From Chlorokybus atmophyticus (taxonomy: Eukaryota > Plantae > Mesostigma and Chlorokybus algae), in NCBI GenBank assembly GCA_009103225.1, contig RHPI01000003.1, positions 548,566 through 612,565 of the forward strand: a stretch of 64,000 nucleotides of DNA, in the 5' to 3' direction. The translations under genes and the position numbers were made by a program. Under the pieces are notes generated by a model. The model was not told the DNA's origin. It made no database searches and saw only the letters and a list, made by a program, of their open reading frames with translations. The number at the start of each line of letters is the position of its first letter. Position 1 is the first letter of the stretch. Shown here piece after piece: positions 10,765-24,630 of this stretch.

Positions 10765-13139
10765 GGGGGGGTGTAATTGCGCGGATAGAAATCATTATGT
10801 ATGGCAAATACATCGATGAATCAGCCTGGCAAGCACAAAATCATTTTCAGAGTAAACTTAAGACCGACAACCTCTAATGAAACGCTTATCTTATCAATGC
10901 TTGTCCTATCACAAAGAGATGTTGTAAACACACTCCTACTCTGCGTACACACATGCTTGAAAGCCACCACTTCAGCCGAGCCAACAAAGCCACTTTGCGC
11001 ACTGCAAATCAATTATAGTCACTGGCATCACATGATAGTCACTGGCATCACATGATTACCCGCTGATTGCGTTCCAAACTGGGCCTACTTCCAACCCTAC
11101 AGGACCCTACGAAGCCCTACAGTAGCCACCCTTGACGAATTTCCAGCCTCGGCTCCATTGCCATCCATAAAACGCATCGGCACTTGTATTACAACTGATA
11201 GTACCACCACGCCATATAAATCGGACCTCAAGACTGCGCCGGCAATGCCAACCGGCGCCGCCGCTTCGGGCACGAGCAGCTGCTCGGTCCGTATATAAGA
11301 AAAGCGAGATACGGATCCGGATCCTCTGGTGCTGACCGCAAGCGGACACCAGGGTGCAGCGGTCAATATTGAGCAGACAGTTTTACTTAAAATGCATTGC
11401 ACTGTTGGCAGCACACAATAGCTGGTAGAAGGGTCGAGCGCGACCGGCATCTGCGACCGGTGGTACTGGTACCCTGCGACGACAGCTGCATTGTATCGAC
11501 CTGCCACGCTGGCCAGTCTAACGTGGGCGCGGCAGGTGGTAGACTTTTTGTGCCGCAAAAGTCGCTTGCCTCGCGATTTGTGGCCCACGGACGCTAACCG
11601 ACAAGCGCAGTTTTGCAGCACCAGACGCCGTCTGGTGGACGGTCGATTCCCGGTTATGAAACATGAAATACAGTTTGTCGTCCTGTTGTACGATACAGGC
11701 TGACTCATACTGCTAGGGGGTGCTGCGTCTGGTTAGAAGCCAGCGCAACGCTTCTAACCCTGGGTTCTCTTCAACCTGTGCACCGTTTGTGCCGCGGCGG
11801 CAAAGTCTCTCGTCACAGGCAAGTCGCTTTATTGGTACGGATTTGCTACTGTTAGAGGTTTGCCTTACGACTTCTCCAATGATGAGTACCGTGAAACCGC
11901 GAAACCGCTTTACAGCTGGACCGAAAGCCACACGTCAGTTTTTGCGGGGTTCCGGGGTGTTTTGCCAGCGGAAGTTGCCGTCCAATATGCGAAAGGTTTT
12001 GCGAGTCTACAAAATCCCCGTTTCATTGTGGGGTTTTGTTGTGGGGTGTGTTAGTTTGCATGCATGCACCAATGGCATAAACGTAGCTGTGCATGCCCTT
12101 GGCGGAGGCGGCGGAGGCGGCGGTGGTGACATAGGTGTCTGCTGTGACGTGAGCTCAGTGTTTGTTATTCTGTCACATCAAACCCAGCCAACATCAAGAG
12201 TGTAGTGTAACCCGCGGCTTTCGGCATTCAATTTGTCGCTATCAGTGTAGGCTATCAGTGTGGCTCACACTGTGAGGGGTTGCTGCGTGTCAGCTGCCAG
12301 CTGGGAGCAAGCCGGTGGAACAAACATTGGCAAACTGCTTGCTGAGAAAGAACAGACGTGACTGCTGTGGAGCGGAAGCAGACTGAAGAGCCGAATCTTG
12401 ACAACAATTTATCTCATTCTGCCGCTTTTTTGGCATTGGGAACTTCGCCAACTCGGCTGTTGTCCATCTTGCTGACACTGCTACTGTGCGTCACTTCCGT
12501 ATGCATGGGGCGCTGCAAGCTGTCTCTTGCCGTTTCCTTCGTGCATGGTTGCAGAGCGGTAGTAATCAGCAGTGCGGCGAAGCTTACCAAGTTGCCGTTG
12601 CATGATAGCACTGGCAGCTGGCGAGTTTGAAAGCGGCACAGCTGTAGCAAGGGAATAATATAAGTATACACAAGTAGTCGTACTAGCAATACTGAGTGGA
12701 TTAGCAGTTGTGTAAAGTGCAAGTCGGCCGCAGCATTGATAACAACGCCTTTGACCACCCCCTCCTCTGGGATCCAGAACAGCAGCGGCAGCATCGATAA
12801 CAACGCCTTCAACCACAAGTCAGCGCAGGTAACTTTCGCATTGTCTTTGATTGCGTGCTGCCCTATGCAGCTGGTTTCCTGCATGAAGTCCCTGGACGTG
12901 AATGGTGTTGATGAACCATGCCCACTGCTTGCAGCCTGATCCAACTGCTTAAGAGCATTGAGAGCCGCATCCGGCGACGCTTGCCTCATGTGCCCCACGT
13001 TCAGCGCACACGCGCAAGCAGGTAGACGTTGGGTAATGGTAGCACCACTACCATGATGAGCCTAGCTTTCAATGTGGTCACAGTGACAGCATCAACAATG
13101 CATGCAATCATCTGTTCCCATACTCCACCTTTGCTTAAG

Positions 13140-15199
13140 GCTCAGTGGCAAGCAAGCCGGCCATGGACAGTGCAGTGACGGCTGGAACGCTGCCAGCAGC
13201 TACGCCTCCTGTCCCGCCACCTGTGCACTCTGTCATCAACATCAATGACCACCTCAACATCAACAACAAGGCCAACAAGGTTGTTGAAGCACCACCCACA
13301 GCGGCGCTGGCCACTGACAAGCAGCAACCAGCTGACCAGCTGTCATCAGCGCCCGTTGCTCTGCCTTCAACACTCCCGGAAGTGAGCATGAGGGCAGGCG
13401 CATGCGTACACTCACTGGTGCCATGTTTTGCACTGATTCCACTGAAATACTGGGTTCATAGGTGCAACAAAGCAATGGCTTGCACACACTGGCCGCCGGC
13501 TTGGATCCCAAGGCAGAAAGTGGCGACAGGTTGGTGTCATGGGTGCTGGTGCTGGATAGGTCTGACCATAGTACGTTTGTGACGCAGTTTTTTCACAGGT
13601 TCAGTAGCGGGAAGCTGGGTAAAGGCGAGGATCCTGCTCTTGGCTTGTTTGCAATGCTCAAGTAAGTCGCGGATGCGAGCTCTGTGCACTGCTATATGAG
13701 ATGACAAGTGTAACATCATAACACAATCAAGCTTGGAGGCAGAACAGGTCTCATAGTGGAATCTGTTGCGCAGACCAGACGTGCTGAAGTCGCTGTCGGT
13801 GGAGCAGCTGGAGCAGCAACTCATCAGCCCCGACAAGTTTGTGAGCCCCCTCGTCACCACGTACAGGTGCACGCTGCTGCAACTGACTGCGCAGCCTTCG
13901 CTATGCCCAATGTGGGACATGGAACCATTGTCTCTTATTCAAACTTATATGGACGTGCTACCGTGGTTGCTGGCCTGCTCATCCACGCACATGTTGAGGT
14001 CATGGCTAACCCCTTGACTGTTGCTGACTGGAGGCATCTCAGGCCTGTTGTGGATATACCTGCGTATGGATCAAGCTTGTCGTCACCGTCAACAGCTTCA
14101 ACAAGCACGCCGTCTCCAGGTTACATGGGGCCCTTCAGTGGGCCCTCATCGCGTGTTGAAAGCGATGGTAAGTGGCATTCATCGCAGGCAACTTGCAAGT
14201 TGCTACTACTTTCATGCTCTGAACTCCGGTCAACTCCTGCATCAGGTCTGCTAACCAGGCACATGGATGGCAATAAGCATATGGAATACGCATTCAGCGG
14301 GCCCATAGGCGGCATGAGCCAAAGCTTCCCAAGCAATGGAGGCTATGCACTGGCTTCACCTTCTACCCGCGCAGTTGAGGTGAGTGCGGGTGAATGTTGC
14401 ATGCACTGTGATGCAGTCCTGATGTTGTTGCATTATGCATACATACACAGGGTGAAGAAGAAGAGGGTGTGCCAGGAGCCATGCGAAGGGCACAGAGTGC
14501 GGGCGACTTGAGGGTAAGAGAGTATCTGATTGAATACAACCACATGCCTTAAACTGAAGTGCTTATTGCTGGCTTCAGCGGTCAGCCAGCGGGAGCTTTC
14601 CCCAGAGCTACCATCATTTACCACCCGGTGTAAACGGTGGTGCGAACAGCAGTGAAGGCAATGGGAAAGTGGGTAAGCTCACACTTGAAGAACGCAACAT
14701 GAGGATTTCGCGCTACCGGCAAAAGCGCACTGCAAGAAATTTCCACAAGAAGATCACAGTACGCACACAAACCATAAATCTGAATATGCAAGCTTGCATG
14801 TGCACACATCTAGCGCAACATGAATGTCCGATGCGCATACTTACACAGTGGTCTTGCTGCGTGCCAGTATGTCTGCAGAAAGACTCTTGCTGACAGCCGG
14901 CCGCGAGTGCGTGGTCGGTTCGCATGTAATGATGAAGACAACCTCCCAATGAAGCAGCTGGATGAAGAAGTGAGCTTGCGATTACATGTTCCGGTGTGAT
15001 CCGGTGTGAGCCCCAATCTTGCACATGACTTACTGTTGCAGGCAGCTCATTGTGTTTTGCCTCTCCTTGGCAGCAGGCAAAGGATGCCAGCAACCCGCAA
15101 ATGCTGGCGGATTTCGACATTGGCAGCGACTTTGACGAGCTGGACCTTGAGCCACTCTCGCCAAATGCATTCCATGAACTTGGCATGTCAGACATGGAG
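13140..15199 (+). CDS. CCT-domain protein (CMF/ASML2-like), multi-exon; 5' and 3' limits uncertain
   Basis: Exon 14669-14758 (VGKLTLEERNMRISRYRQKRTARNFHKKIT) and exon 14868-14969 (YVCRKTLADSRPRVRGRFACNDE) form a CCT domain. Upstream GT-AG exons include EDPALGLFAMLK and SLCPMWD. Confidence 0.85.
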
Positions 15200-16773
15200 G
15201 TAACGCTGCTAATTCGCATGCACTGGGAATGACACTGGGACTGTCAAAAATAGCTGTGTATGCGCATTGCATGCATGAAAATCACACACCCATGTTGGTG
15301 CGCATGTGTAGTCGTCACATGTTGCTTTGAACATGCAAAGCAATACCATCGTGCGCAGGGATTTGTCGAAGGCACATTTGATCCTGCACCAGAGTCGTGA
15401 GCAACACTTGCAAGCTACTTCAAATGAGATTGAGAACAAACAAGGGGGGAGTCAACTGCAACAATTGTACAGCTGTAGAGTATGTGTGGGATACCGGAAC
15501 ACAAAGGGTGGTGTACATTAAGGCAGCATTGCTAGGGATAGTTTACTCGTTGGTGCAAGGGACACCATACATGATACGACATACTGGTGCAGCTGAACTT
15601 GGAAGCTCGCTATCTAGGTCTGTTGGTTTGAGTTAGCTATGAGCTTAGCGCAGGTTAGATATTTTGATGTGTCTGGTGTAGTGTCTGTTACAATGCAGGT
15701 TTTGTGGACAGCCATGCTCAGAGACCTCATACATGCACAAGCTCATCATGCATGCCATCTGCAGCATAGAGTAGCAGCTGACATAACGGAGACAACAAAC
15801 AGATTATACGTTTAAGATTGCACACCGTGCGGTCACCGTCACTGTGTGGCACATTACCACGTGCAGTAGCACGTGCTGCTGAGCAGAAGCAGCAGCAGCA
15901 GAAGTGAAGACTGCATCCACTCCGATCAGTTGATGCCACTGACTGTGGAGACCCATGCCCTCCTCAGGGCGATGCGTTTGCAGCGTTGCTGTACATACAG
16001 TGTGGTGTATGCAGTCGCATGCAATGAACATGCAAAAGGTGTGAGTAGCATACAGCATGCGGGCAGTCATTGTCATCCGGAAGTTTACCACCGGGCTGAC
16101 CTAGTCTACCTTACTACTAACACCACCACCCTGTTAGACATGCAAGCATGCATATGATCCGCAGATTATCTGCACCACATGCAGCTGGTTGGTTGTGGTA
16201 GCAGCGCTAGGCAGTCGGCACCATCAACGGCAGATGGGCTCCCTCTCCCTCCTCCCGCCAACATCACACTCTCATGCATGCCACAATCCTTGCATTTTAT
16301 TTATTATATCACCCTCGCCCCTCCTCTCCGTTTTTTGCTGCTGTGTTCGGCAGTCGATCGTAAGCCTCAACCATGCACTGCTGACGTCAGCCGTGCAGGC
16401 TTACGGCGGTGGCGCGTGGCATGGTGGTTCGGTGCAGTCGGTGGGGTTGGGTGGTGGGGTGTTGCACAACATGCGACGCACAGTGCAGCACCGAGGGCTG
16501 GAGCCACGCTGTGTCTCACGCTTTTTGACATGCTATCGTCAGCGCGTGTTGGTGACCTTGTATGCTGACATAGCTTCGGACATGGTGCTAACGACATCGG
16601 CGTTTCGCTCTGCAGGGGCGCGAGTCAGCCAGCACCAGGTCACTGCGCTGGCTGTAGCGAACATCACTCGCGCTGAGTTGGTGAAATGCTTGCTGCATGT
16701 GTTGCAGAAGTGGCGTTGCAAGATTAGCACTTGATTGCTGCTTAACCCCATGTAATCCACATCATCATAAACA

Positions 16774-18901
16774 CTATCTATGCAGTCGCGCCTGTGAGTT
16801 GGCCAAAGGATTGATAGAAATTGCGAATGCCAGCCGGTATAGGTTTTGCAGGTTCGTCACTACGCCAGATGTAACGCCAACAACCAACCTGCACACATGT
16901 CTGTGGTTACAATACCGCCAGGTCAACAGGGAAAGCATGAGTTGGCAAAATGCAAAGTGTCACAGCACATTAGTGCAGACTCATCAAGTGACAACACCAG
17001 CGCACAGACTACAGCAAACAAAGGCAACACATACCGTCTGAGGTAGACGCGCTCCTGAGCCACGGCATACGCCAAGACAGCGACCACAAGCAGCCATTTT
17101 GCAGCGACGGTTGTGCCCGCGTCTCCTTTCATGTTATGCAGCCAGTGGCGGTAGCAAGCGGCCAACCAGTCTTTGAGCCATGAGCCTCTTGAGAGTAGAC
17201 TGACAGCTGGAATTGGAGTGGACGGGACACCATTGGAGCTGCTCCCATGGTCACCAGCCTGCCATTATATAATGTGTTCAGATCGACTTGGTTTCTCTGC
17301 TCAAAGCCAGAGATGCCACTATTGTGGACAGGCCTAGCTTGATTGTTGCTATGGACTATCATAACCGCAGGCACCATGTGATTGTCTACCAGCAGGCATG
17401 CGTATGATCATGGTACATAGTTTGCATGAGGCAAATGTGTCAGGCTCAGGTTTCGACGCACCGAGCCCTGTGCTTCATGTTCTGCTGCTGAGGATGGTGA
17501 TGATGTTGTCGAGACAGATGAAGCCCTTTGCGCAGCAGCATCCTGTCCAGCTTGAACACCAGCGCCTTCTACACCAGCAACATGATGATGGTTGTTCCCC
17601 TGGGCGGACTGGCAGCTGCTGCTAGGCTGACTCGACTCAACCGCCTGCCGGTCAAAAGTTGCTGTTCACAACGGTTGCATGTGTGTATGCATGCGCACGA
17701 GCACGGCTGCATGTGCGGCAATTGCATCCAACCGCTTTATTCCCATTCACACTGACACACCGACCTTCTCGTCCGCAATGGCGCGCAGAAAGCCAAGGGA
17801 GTTTCCTTCAAGACCAACCGTACGTGCCAACTCTAGCATGGCCTCCTGTGGGCACACACACAGCCATGTTGGTTGCACCAGTAAGTACACCCAAGTGCTG
17901 TGCATGTGGTTCATATGGTACGTCACGTACCTGCTCGGATCGCCACATGGACCGTACACTACGCTCTGTCGCATGCATCAAATAACGCTTCAGCAACTCC
18001 TTTGCGGCCGCGTGCGAGTTAGCCGCCAGCTGCAGATGTGCCCTGATGTTGATGAGAGTTGCATAAATGACACCCTGCTGCTTCTCAACTGGCAAGCATT
18101 GCCATGCCTAAGTGACAAGCAAAGACAGGCTGCAAGCCTGCTGCGACAGACACAGGACTTGCACGGATTGAAGTGTGCGCAGGGTAGCTGATGCGATACT
18201 TACACACTTTATCATACACAACTATAAGTTGTACAACCTGCATTCGCGTACACGTATGCACGTGGCGAGGAGTACCACGTTATATCAGCTTACCAGAACA
18301 TGATGTCTTGGGTGGGGAGTGCAGCAATGTCCACGACACGCGATACGGCCCGCACTGCCTCCTCATGCCTAGCATAGCAAACCCAGTCAAGCCAGGACAG
18401 TATACCAACCGCTAAGCGTCTTTGATAAAATAAGCTCTCAATGACGAAAACGAACGCAACCTCCTTCTAAACCACGTTCATCACACCTTTAACACAACCC
18501 GTAGCACGTAGGAGCACACCCGCAGCTATACTCAACAGCATCCATGCATTGCAAACCTAACCTAACCTTGCAATTTCTACAAGTTGAGTTGGTGTGCAAA
18601 GCAGGCACCAATTCGCCCTACATGGCACGATATGCACTTGCTGCAGCTGATTGTACGACAAGAGAATGCATGATGAACAAAACCTTACAGTGTCAGCCAA
18701 CCTGTTGAGCTCATGGTAGGCTTGCAGCAGGGCATACAAGGCAGCTCGCTTCAGGTCGTCATGCTCATACTTATCGTCATCAGGTGGCTCAGGCGGCAAG
18801 GCGGCGAGGGCGTCGGCAGCCGCCGCAGCCGCCTCCTCGAACCTGCGCCACACCAGGAGGCGCTCCGCACGGTCCACCGCCGCCTCCGCCGCCTCCACCA
18901 T
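16774..18901 (-). CDS. APEM9: Peroxisomal membrane anchor APEM9/DAYU-like (Pex26/Pex15 analogue), multi-exon
   Basis: N-terminus VDRAERLLVWRRFEEA...LKRAALYALLQAYHELNR, TM segment KWLLVVAVLAYAVAQERVYLRR, and C-terminus LQNLYRLAFAISINPLA (cf. plant LxxLWQLAFSxQVNPLA). Confidence 0.75.
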
Positions 18902-18985
18902 GGCAAGGTGTTTCTACACCTGCTCCTGCTCTAACCCTCATGAGCAGCTGCCCCCGCCCATGCCTTTGGCCACACCCTCAGCCAC

Positions 18986-21900
18986 ATGCGGCGGGTGGCC
19001 TCGGCGGGGGCGGCGGCAGGGGCGGCGGGGGCGGCGTTGGGGGAGGGGTCAGCGGGAGGGACGTCGTCGTCGACCTCCTCGGCGTCGTCTGCTCCTGGAG
19101 TCGTCGTCGTAGGGGTAGGTGACGCAGTTGTCGACAATGTCGTTGAACGTTGTCGTTGGTGACGCTGTCGCTGTCCGTGGGCTTAGACAAACCCCAGCAT
19201 CAGCTTGTGCTTTGCGTACATTGCAACTGAAAACGTGTGGTAGTCTCTGAACCTAAGCATTGCGTGAGCACAAACAAGCGGCGTTGACAAGTTTTGAGAA
19301 ATGCTTTGGTGCTGAATAACTCGCACACATGCTACGAGCTGGTTAAATTAACATGCGGTTTGAAAGAGTGAGTTAAGCAGACAATCCAGCTGTTACTCAC
19401 AAAACCCGTACTGAGAAGAATCTCATCCTGGACAGCAGCGAGAGATTAAGCTGCAACATGTAACAAGAGTACACGTGACCCGTCGTGCGTGTGCACGCGT
19501 GCTGTGCTGGCAGACGCACACGCGCACACGCACACGCACACGCACATGTGCACATGCATAGACAAATGCGCACACACACACACATCCTACTGCAGGTGAT
19601 ACCCGTTTCGGGTGCAAGCAATGAAGACTGCGCATTGTTGCTCGATCGCATACTCGACGCGAGTGTGTTCGCGGACATCATTCATTCCCAACGCCACCAA
19701 TCCACAAGTCAAGAAGCGGCTCCTGCCTCTTTCTCCCCGGCACAACTCGCGAAAGATGTGGCGAGGGCCGCGACTCCCCTTTGCGTGTGCTCGCCATCCG
19801 ACGTGATCGGCCGCTACGAACCCTCGCGAGGCGTGTTGCTGCTGCAGCTGTTGGCACGCCCGAATGCCAACGCACTCGATGATGTTGATGACCAGATTGT
19901 CCAAGCCATGGTGCTGCTGTTTACGGTAATGCCAAGAGTTTACACCTGCAATTTGCTTGTAACTTGTGGGTGTTGTTGATGACAACACCCACAAGTTGGA
20001 AATGCCATACTGTGCAGAAATGGCACAGCTGTATTGCCCTTATGTTTCCGTGTGCGTGTTTGTTTCTACAGTAACTTATTGCCACAGTAACTTACTTTTC
20101 TCGTGTGCAGATGTGTCACATTGTGGTGCTTGTGCATGGCGTGACTCAACTTGACACGCGCTTTCTGCGCACGCTGCGAGCATTGCAGGTGAGCAAATGA
20201 GCTGTTGGTTGCACGACTCGTGTCTGATTGACTGCTTTTTTCTTGCAGGCAGCTAAGCATGCGTTGTTGACCAACGTAGCGCTACAAACCCTCAGCAAAG
20301 TTGACACGAATGCATCGTCATCATCAGCACGTCCCAACATGCGGCCAGGCAGCGCGCCGTCACAGCGCAAACCCAACGTGCCGTTTGCGTGCGTTCCCGT
20401 CCTGGCGCTCATCTTCCCGCACGAGAGAGTGGCGGCCATGCTGGCAAGCGGAGCCAAAGAGCTGGACCATGAAACGGCGTTGAAGCGGTGGCAAAGCGGG
20501 ATGGAAGCACAGGTGGGTGTGTTGGTCGTGACAAGTCTGGTCCAGGCACATATGCAACATGCACGCTCGCACGCACGCTTGCGCAATCACATACACGCAC
20601 GCACTTAGGCACCTGCACTCACACACATGCACACACATACACAGGCACACGCCTGCGACAGGCACGCATGCATGCAGATACGCTGACTATGCACATGCAC
20701 ACCGACATAAGGCCCCCTCTTGGATAGGTGCGTTTTACATTCCGCAAGTCTCGCGTGGCGGACCCCTCAGTCTCCACCTCGTCCTCACCGTCCCTGCGCC
20801 CGACGCAGTCCACGCTGTTCACGTTCGACCCTCAGCGAGCGGTGTTTGTGTCCGCTTCCGCAACCGCGCACTCGCGCGCCGTGCTGCAAAGCGCCCTCAG
20901 CATGTTTGAAGACGAGCTGGACGTGGATTTGATGGCGAGTAGGAGAGTTGTTACCTCAAGTGCGACCGATAGCATCCAACCACTAGCGGATTTCATATGG
21001 CGACAGGTATGTAGTTCAGTGTCTCATGCGTGTGCGAGCGCGTGTTCATATGTGCATGTGTGAGCAGGTGGACTTGTTGAGGGGTCGGGGAGCTATAGCG
21101 ACATCATCAGCAGCTTCCGCGGCGATAGCGGCAGCGGTGGGCGGGTATCGCACCCCACGCGGGTATCTCGCTTCTTCGCGCATGGGCGCCGATCGCGCTT
21201 CCCTTTCGCTAACGGATTGGCTGAGTTGGCTTCTTCGTCTCGCTGCCGGTTTCACTCCCGTCACATCCACAGTCACTGAAAACGTATGGATAAATGTGTC
21301 AAGAAATGTTGTTGTATACGTGTTGGGTGCATATTGATGTTGAAGGTTGCCATTGTTCAGTTGGACACGCAGGATGAGGGAGAGTCTGCGAAGGTTGAAG
21401 CGGCGTGCAAAGCCGCAGCGCAGCAGCTCACGTGCTTGCATCCCGAAATCCATCTGTCTGAAGCCAACTGCCGAGCCGCATTGCCACAAGCACTCGCCGA
21501 GTACGAAGCTGACGGGCCGGAGCGCTACCCGTTGCGTGTACACGAAGAGAAGGTATGTTGGTCCCGAAGTCGTGTTGTCATCAAAAATGCCTGACAAGTT
21601 GTGTGCGTTGCGGGTGTGTTATGTGTGATGCATCTCAGGTGAAGAGGGCGTTGACGCACTTCATGTCCTCTGCGAGGGGCCCTGCAGTGAAGAAGTATAC
21701 TGACCTCTTACGTGCCGAGTGCGAGCGCATGTGGCAACCCAAACGTGGCTGCGAAGCAGTGAGCCTCACGGGGCAAGCGTGCACACTGCCGGTCAGCCGC
21801 TGAGAAACACCCTTCTGTTGCTGTTGTTGTTGTTGTTGTTGCTGCATGATTCACAAACAGTCAACAACACAGCCGCAAACTGCACGAGTTGCCTGCAGGT

Positions 21901-23616
21901 GCACGCCTTGCCGGGCCAGAGTCAGGAAGAAGACAGCGTGCCACCCCGCACGCTATGCGCTCCTCATTCAAGTGGTGTAGAGTGCTTGCATACTTGCGGC
22001 TGCGGCAACAGCCGCGCCGTGCGTTCTGACCCTTTCACCATCGCTGAGGCTCATGAGGTATAAGCAATGCCGGTCAGTGTCCGAATCATCCACTGAATGT
22101 GACATCCAAGCTGATTGACACACGTTCCACTGCAGTTTGTGCATCGTCTTTCCTAAACTATGTGTCTCATTATTGTTACGTGTGTAAGTGTGAAGTGTAA
22201 CGGCAGTGTGCTCTATGTGCTGCAGGGATTCTACAGTCAGTTCAAGAGCTGTGCTTGCCAGCTGGGGAAAATAAGTTGTGAAGAGCGCATTGACCAAGGC
22301 AAAGAGTTGACACCCACGGATGCATGCGCGTGGAGTGTGTGCTCGTTGGGCAGTGCGAGCGTGTACTCGCCATCAGCCGGCCTCCAGCAGGTCAGCAACA
22401 ATAGTGCAATAGTACTTTGGTAGAGTACGGCTGCTCTTCATCGATCACACACACAGTTCAACAGGCTCATCATTTTTGTCTGTGACATTGTCATTGTCGA
22501 CACCACGACTTGCATGACTTTGACGGAAGAATTGTGTATATGTTTTACACATTGTTGCTGCGTCTTGTTCATTGCTGACTAGCTGCAGAACTCTATTGCA
22601 GGATGGTTTCCTGCCTGGACGCAATCTTTTGATACAAACAGCAATCCCCATACCGACTGTGAAAGCCGAGCCAAGAACATCAATACTGAGCCCGCAGCTG
22701 GCACGCTCGCGTGAGAGCAATCACACAGGTTTGGCGGAGGCTGTTGATGCCCAGAAACTGGACAAAGGTGTCAAAGAGCCGACCAAGTTGCTTTTCGGGT
22801 CCTTTGAGGTGCCGCTTGACATTGAGGGAGACCAACTGTCCAAAACAGACATGTAAGCATGATTGCGTTATGCTGTTGCGGGACATGCACTTTACGTGTT
22901 ATATGCCTGTTGTGTTTTGGAGCATGCGTCAATGTTTTGTGTGATCACGCAGGCCGCCGGTAGAACTTGAGCGCAAACCTGATGTTGAACATGTTGCCGT
23001 GCATATTGGGTATGAGCACGAGTGCCCTTCAGGCCATAGATACTTGTTCAAAGAAGAGGAGCTGGTCTGCACGCCAGGTAGGAAACATGCGCATTGTGGC
23101 AGAGTGAGCACACATGCAGTGCACACACATACAGCGCGCACCTCAGAAGCAGATGTCGACTGTGTTCTTATGACTGCAAGTGCATCACCGGGGCTCAGTG
23201 ATGTGTCTATAGCAGATGACAAACGTGATGTCCTCGCCAGAGATGTGCCGATATATCGCATCTGCGTGGGCTGCTGCTCAGCACAAGCTGAACAGCAGCA
23301 CAGCAAGAACACTGATGCCGGGAGCACATCAGAAGCACGCCAGCTGTCGCAACTGCAGCGCATCTACATCGTCTCACCTACCCTACCCAAGCTAGCAACA
23401 AAAGCATGCGTGAAGTTCTTCCTAGGCAACAGTGAGAAAGAGTCTACTACTGGGCGTGAGGTCGTCTTGCCACCTGATAGCCTCTGTTGTGTCCGCTTGC
23501 CTTACATTTACGACGGATCGCGGCAAGAGAAGGACACAATGCCTCGTGCATTTTTGTTTGGAGGCACGGCTGTGTATTTGCCGAGCACAAAGGGTGAAGT
23601 TGACCCTGCCGGATGA
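18986..23616 (+). CDS. SMG8: Nonsense-mediated decay factor SMG8, multi-exon
   Basis: GVVVVG/..LLLDRILDASVF, AMVLLFTMCHIVVL, ECERMW..GCEAVSLTGQAC, HSSGVECLHTCGCGNSRAVRSDPF, HIGYEHECPSGHRYL, LQRIYIVSP and LPPDSLCCVRLPYIY. The start codon is inferred. Confidence 0.88.
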
Positions 23617-24630
23617 CCTGTGGCCGTGAAAGCCATGCACTTTGGACACTACATTTTGGCTTGTGGAGGTGGACTCGACCATTGTATCTTTCAGAAGCTT
23701 CCTCTTGTTCTGCTGTCCAGCCACATCGAGCAGGTAAGGCTCTTATGTTTGCTGCCTTGGCGTTCCATGCTTGGATACTGAGTTACCTGCTTTTGCTTGC
23801 TTGTCAGTGGTGACACAAAGGCAAATTGCGAGTTGCTTGCGCTTTCCTGCCAGCGGTGATGGCGTTGGAGTTGTTACTTACCACACGTAACTCTCAGTGT
23901 ACAGCAACCAGCCAGCATTGTTTTTAAGCCGCATACATGCATACTGGAGCACATGATGGGCTGAAGGCCTTGTGGCGTTGTCTACCAATCAGGGAGAAGG
24001 AATGCAATGGTTTATTGAGTGTGCAACTCGACATTACGACGCAAAGTTACACTCACAACGTTTTGGTTTGGCAATGTCACTGCCTGTTCCCCTTTTCCTA
24101 CAAATGCCAAGATGGCCTGTTGTGACACATTCCGGGGTGCAACCCACTGCAATGCCTTGCAACGCACAGCATCAATATCCTTGCCGGGGGCACTTCTCCG
24201 GCCAGTAATCAGCCAGCAGGCAGCTCATGATACCTGGCTTTGTGGCATTGGTAGTGATTTGTCAGGGTGCTGGGTAGCTCATTACTTGATTCAGACTTGC
24301 AATGTTATACAAATGCAACCTGGATGCAAAAGGCATTGTCTTGGCACTCAGATGAACCCAAACTATCACACCATTGCACCTCCATGTATCCATCAACTCT
24401 CTATGAAAGTTCACATAGCGTACAGTGCAATTACAGCCGACCATGCCTACATTGAATACACTCCTTGTATTGGGCACCCGCAGTAGCACAAACAGTTGTT
24501 GCATGCTCTATGCATGCGCATCTACACTCGCATTTCGTGTGATTCGTGCAAGACCAAGCACAGACATGCTGTATGCAGAAGCATTGCTGATGCCACTGCC
24601 CCAACGCAGCCAACACGCATTGACACAGCA

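Noticed and set aside
11017-11056. 20-bp tandem duplication AGTCACTGGCATCACATGAT x2
   Set aside because: An ordinary slippage duplication with no further structure.
12290-13000. 194-aa minus-strand ORF and a CVKCKSAAA string suggesting a CONSTANS B-box
   Set aside because: The B-box Cys/His spacing does not continue in any frame and no family is recognised. Left unannotated; it may include 5' exons of the CCT gene.
15700-16740. Several 100-180-aa ORFs between the CCT and APEM9 genes
   Set aside because: No recognisable motifs or consistent exon chain; likely UTR or intergenic sequence.
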